60,650 nucleotides of DNA from IMG/VR virus record IMGVR_UViG_3300034082_002390; one strand, given 5' to 3'. A program made the translations under genes and the position numbers. This DNA comes from an uncultured virus (IMG/VR IMGVR_UViG_3300034082_002390). Lineage: Duplodnaviria > Heunggongvirae > Uroviricota > Caudoviricetes. Of the stretch, positions 57,713 to 60,650 are shown in pieces. Every line of letters starts with the position of its first letter. Position 1 is the first letter of the stretch. Below the pieces are notes generated by a model. It was not told the origin of the DNA, searched no databases, and saw nothing but the letters and a program-made list of their open reading frames with translations.

Positions 57713-58155
57713 ATGCAGTTGGTGTATGGTTTTATAGTCTTGATACACAAAGATATCTTTATTTGATGCGAAATGACGCCAAGTATCCAATGACTTGGGG
57801 ACTAGCTGGTGGTAAAGTTGAATCAGGAGAAAGTTTGCTTGACGCAATCAATAGAGAGTGTCGGGAAGAACTGGGATCAATGCCCAACTATGTGCGGTTG
57901 GTGCCAATTGAACAATTCACCAGTCAAGACAATAACTTTGTGTATCACACATTTTTCTGTTGTGTTGAGCACGAGTTCCAACCTTGCTTGAATCACGAAC
58001 ACCTAGGGTACGCTTGGATTGACACTACAGCATGGCCCAAGCCCATGCATCCTGGCCTTTGGAACACTGTGAATTTTGATGTTGTTATGAACAAAATTGA
58101 TCTAGTCAGAGATCAAATGCGACCCACGATTGCCTCAATTACACCAGGTTCTTGA
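57709..58155 (+). CDS. NUDIX hydrolase
   Basis: GGKVESGESLLDAINRECREELG Nudix box; start refined by ATGA overlap. Confidence 0.9.
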   Translation: MNAVGVWFYSLDTQRYLYLMRNDAKYPMTWGLAGGKVESGESLLDAINRECREELGSMPNYVRLVPIEQFTSQDNNFVYHTFFCCVEHEFQPCLNHEHLGYAWIDTTAWPKPMHPGLWNTVNFDVVMNKIDLVRDQMRPTIASITPGS

Positions 58156-58964
58156 CTATTGTAACTTCCCAAGGCCTTGCCAATAACACAACCTGGTTGA
58201 TAACTGTCACGATCTAACGCAGTTGCAATGCCATGCTGCCTACTTGCTACCAGCAAGTCTCCTGGATTGATAGATCCAACTACTCGAACAGGTACTCGAC
58301 CCAACAAGGCCACCACAGCAACAAAGTTTCCACCTAGGCCTGAATTCATGACATAGGCTGGCTTATCGCTAACAGTGCCAATTACATCAGATCCATGATA
58401 GGTTTTAGATGCAGTTACTTCACTGGCTCCGCCAATCGACAACACTGTGCCAACAGGATAGTCATCATCTGCTAGATATTTTTCAGCGACGTCAGCGTAC
58501 TGGGCTGAAGTTGATTTGGCAAAAACTGTATTGAAAAATCCGCCCACTGTGCCAATGTTGCCCACGCCGTTGGCCTGACCATTACGTATGTCTTTGTTGG
58601 CCACAATAACACCTGTTCCGTTTGGACTCAAAGCGATGTTACCATTGGATCCAGAAATCAATTCCAAGACACCTGTGTCAACAATTGATCCAGTTACGTT
58701 TAAGTTGCCGCCACTGACGTTACCAGTAGCTGAAACCACCCCAGTTACAGTAACACCAGTTGTGGCAAACACAGCCACGTTCGACGTGCCACCTACGCTG
58801 ATGTTGGCGCTGCCGCCAGAAGTTCCCACGTTAACTTCGGTTGTACCGTTGAAAATTCTGCTTGAACTGATACCAGTGAGTGTGCTTGCGTTACCAAATA
58901 GAAATGCGCCGGTAACGTTGCCCGAAGCTGATACACCTGTTGTGCCGTCTAAAATTAATGGCAT
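58113..58964 (-). CDS. Tail fibre protein with C-terminal intramolecular-chaperone-like domain
   Basis: Gly/Thr/Asn beta repeats, then AQYADVAEKY, VALLGRVPVRV, GDLLV, IGKAL. Confidence 0.75.
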   Translation of the reverse strand: MPLILDGTTGVSASGNVTGAFLFGNASTLTGISSSRIFNGTTEVNVGTSGGSANISVGGTSNVAVFATTGVTVTGVVSATGNVSGGNLNVTGSIVDTGVLELISGSNGNIALSPNGTGVIVANKDIRNGQANGVGNIGTVGGFFNTVFAKSTSAQYADVAEKYLADDDYPVGTVLSIGGASEVTASKTYHGSDVIGTVSDKPAYVMNSGLGGNFVAVVALLGRVPVRVVGSINPGDLLVASRQHGIATALDRDSYQPGCVIGKALGSYNSQEPGVIEAIVGRI

Positions 58965-59003
58965 TTTGTTTTTTCCTTGTTAAAGTATTTAGTTTAGATC
59001 CAG

Positions 59004-60650
59004 TTACATATAAATGTAAGAACTTGACGAGTCTGGAACTGTTAAACTTGCTCCGTTAGCTATGGTAATTGGCCCAACTAACATGGCATTGACACTTGCG
59101 GGCAGTGAAATATTTAACGAAATAGTTTTTGGATTTGCAAATCCACCAACCAGTGTTAACGACCCAGTAGTAAAGGTTGCAATGTTTGCAAGTCCAGCCA
59201 CAGTAACTGTAACGTTACTGTTAGCGGGTTGTATCTGAACATTTGAGTTACCATTTTCAATTTTTGATACCGAAACCGCCGCACTAATTCCTGTCAAAAA
59301 CGCACCATTGCCCACAAAAAAGTTGGAGGTTGTGATATTACCAGTTGCTGACGCAACACCAGCTGTGATTAAATTACCACCAGTGACGTTGCCTGAAGAA
59401 GAAATGCTTGTCAATGTGCCAACACTTGTGATGTTAGGTTGTGCGGCTGTGGTTACTGTACCTGCTGTGGTGGCTGCTCCAGTTAACGCACCAACGAATG
59501 TGGTTGACGTTACACTGGTCAAACCAGCCACTGTGGTTACTGTGCTACCCAATGTGAGTGCTGTTGAGCCTAGTGTCACTGCGGCATTAGCCAGTCGTGC
59601 TTGTGCCAAAGTACCCGAACTGATATTAGTGGCACTGATACTGGTAACGTTGGCCCCAGATCCATTTAAGATTCCAACAAAGTTGCCACCTGTGATGTTA
59701 CCTGACACACTTAAACTACCCAAAGTACCCACGCTAGTAATATTTGTTTGTGCGGCAGTTGATAATGTACCTGTTAGTGTAGTTGCCACCACTGTTGCGG
59801 CACCCAGATTGCCCACATTGGCATTGCCGGTGGCATTGAGTGTGCCTGCAATATTGGCACCTGTGGTTGTGGCCACCAACACATTGGTTCCATTGGGTGC
59901 CAGGCTAACGTTGCCACTTGCACCAGTGATAATTGTCAATGCTCCAGTGTCAACGATATTACCTGTGACATTCAAGTTTCCACCACTGACGTTACCAGTT
60001 GCTGTGATTAACCCGGCTGTGATTAAATTACCACCTGTGACATTACCCGAAGAAGAAATACTTGTCAGTGTACCAACACTTGTGATATTTGGTTGTGCCG
60101 CTGTGGTCACAGTGCCAGCTGTGGTGGCTGTTGGAACTGTGCCAGTAACGCTGACTGTGACTGCACCAGTTGCGGCGCTGACTGCAATATTTGTGCCTGC
60201 TACAACACTGGTCACTCCAGAGTTGGTGAAAGTAACTGCGCCTGTTGCCGCACTTACAGAAATACCAGTACCTGCCACAGCTGACCCAACACCTCCGTGT
60301 GTGTGGTCTTCTCTGGCATATTTTAAACTTGTGCCAACTGCGGCTGTGCCAATTGTTACTGGAGTTAGCACACCAGCCTGGCCCACCACAAATGCTGTGG
60401 TTGCAGCCTGTGTTGTGTTGGTGTTGGCAGTTGCTGTTGGAATTGCCAAGTTACCAGCTGTGGTTATATTACCACCTGTGATGTTGCCAGACACACTCAA
60501 ACTGCCCAGAGTGCCAACACTAGTAATGTTAGTTTGTGCGGCTGTGGTTAAAGTACCCACAATGCTAGTACCTGATAAATTACCGCCACTGATGTTGCCA
60601 GTGACACTCAATGATCCCAATGTACCCAATGAAGTAATATTGGTCTGTGC
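59004..60650 (-). CDS. Long repetitive tail fibre protein, 5' end beyond window
   Basis: Open to the window edge; repeats TTAAQ(T/P)NITSVGTL.S(L/I)S.(S/T)GN(I/V)TGGN. Confidence 0.8.
   Translation of the reverse strand, partial: AQTNITSLGTLGSLSVTGNISGGNLSGTSIVGTLTTAAQTNITSVGTLGSLSVSGNITGGNITTAGNLAIPTATANTNTTQAATTAFVVGQAGVLTPVTIGTAAVGTSLKYAREDHTHGGVGSAVAGTGISVSAATGAVTFTNSGVTSVVAGTNIAVSAATGAVTVSVTGTVPTATTAGTVTTAAQPNITSVGTLTSISSSGNVTGGNLITAGLITATGNVSGGNLNVTGNIVDTGALTIITGASGNVSLAPNGTNVLVATTTGANIAGTLNATGNANVGNLGAATVVATTLTGTLSTAAQTNITSVGTLGSLSVSGNITGGNFVGILNGSGANVTSISATNISSGTLAQARLANAAVTLGSTALTLGSTVTTVAGLTSVTSTTFVGALTGAATTAGTVTTAAQPNITSVGTLTSISSSGNVTGGNLITAGVASATGNITTSNFFVGNGAFLTGISAAVSVSKIENGNSNVQIQPANSNVTVTVAGLANIATFTTGSLTLVGGFANPKTISLNISLPASVNAMLVGPITIANGASLTVPDSSSSYIYM

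Noticed and set aside
1..60650. CRISPR array, tRNA genes, DGR or stop-codon recoding
   Set aside because: No spaced direct repeats, cloverleafs or reverse transcriptase seen; genes tile fully under the standard code

Overview
A 60.6 kb gene-dense fragment of a large T4-superfamily-like myovirus, mostly on the minus strand, with a probable proteobacterial host inferred from its IscU/IscA and class Ia NrdA. It is truncated in nrdA at the left edge and in a repetitive tail-fibre gene at the right edge. Replication and recombination genes include gp41 helicase, gp61 primase, UvsW, UvsX, UvsY, gp32, a 186-aa DnaE-like polymerase core and nucleotide-metabolism enzymes. Morphogenesis genes include large terminase, gp4, tail tube and sheath, gp13/14/15 and fibres. 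Accessory genes include an iscU-iscA pair next to a radical SAM gene and a 6 kb glycosyltransferase island. Two promoter classes can be read directly: sigma70-type (TTGAC-17 nt-TATAAT) and a T4-late-like TAAATA core. Many lie 4-7 nt upstream of an ATG, which implies leaderless mRNAs. The most notable items are (1) a compact, possibly pseudoknotted structured RNA upstream of the terminase gene, (2) a miniature DnaE core that keeps all three catalytic Asp motifs, (3) a Pol-beta-like nucleotidyltransferase fused to an RNA-ligase-like domain, among proteins carrying T4-like capsid-targeting and cleavage signals, and (4) a late-expressed glycosylation island. All functional calls come from recognising motifs by eye; no searches were run.
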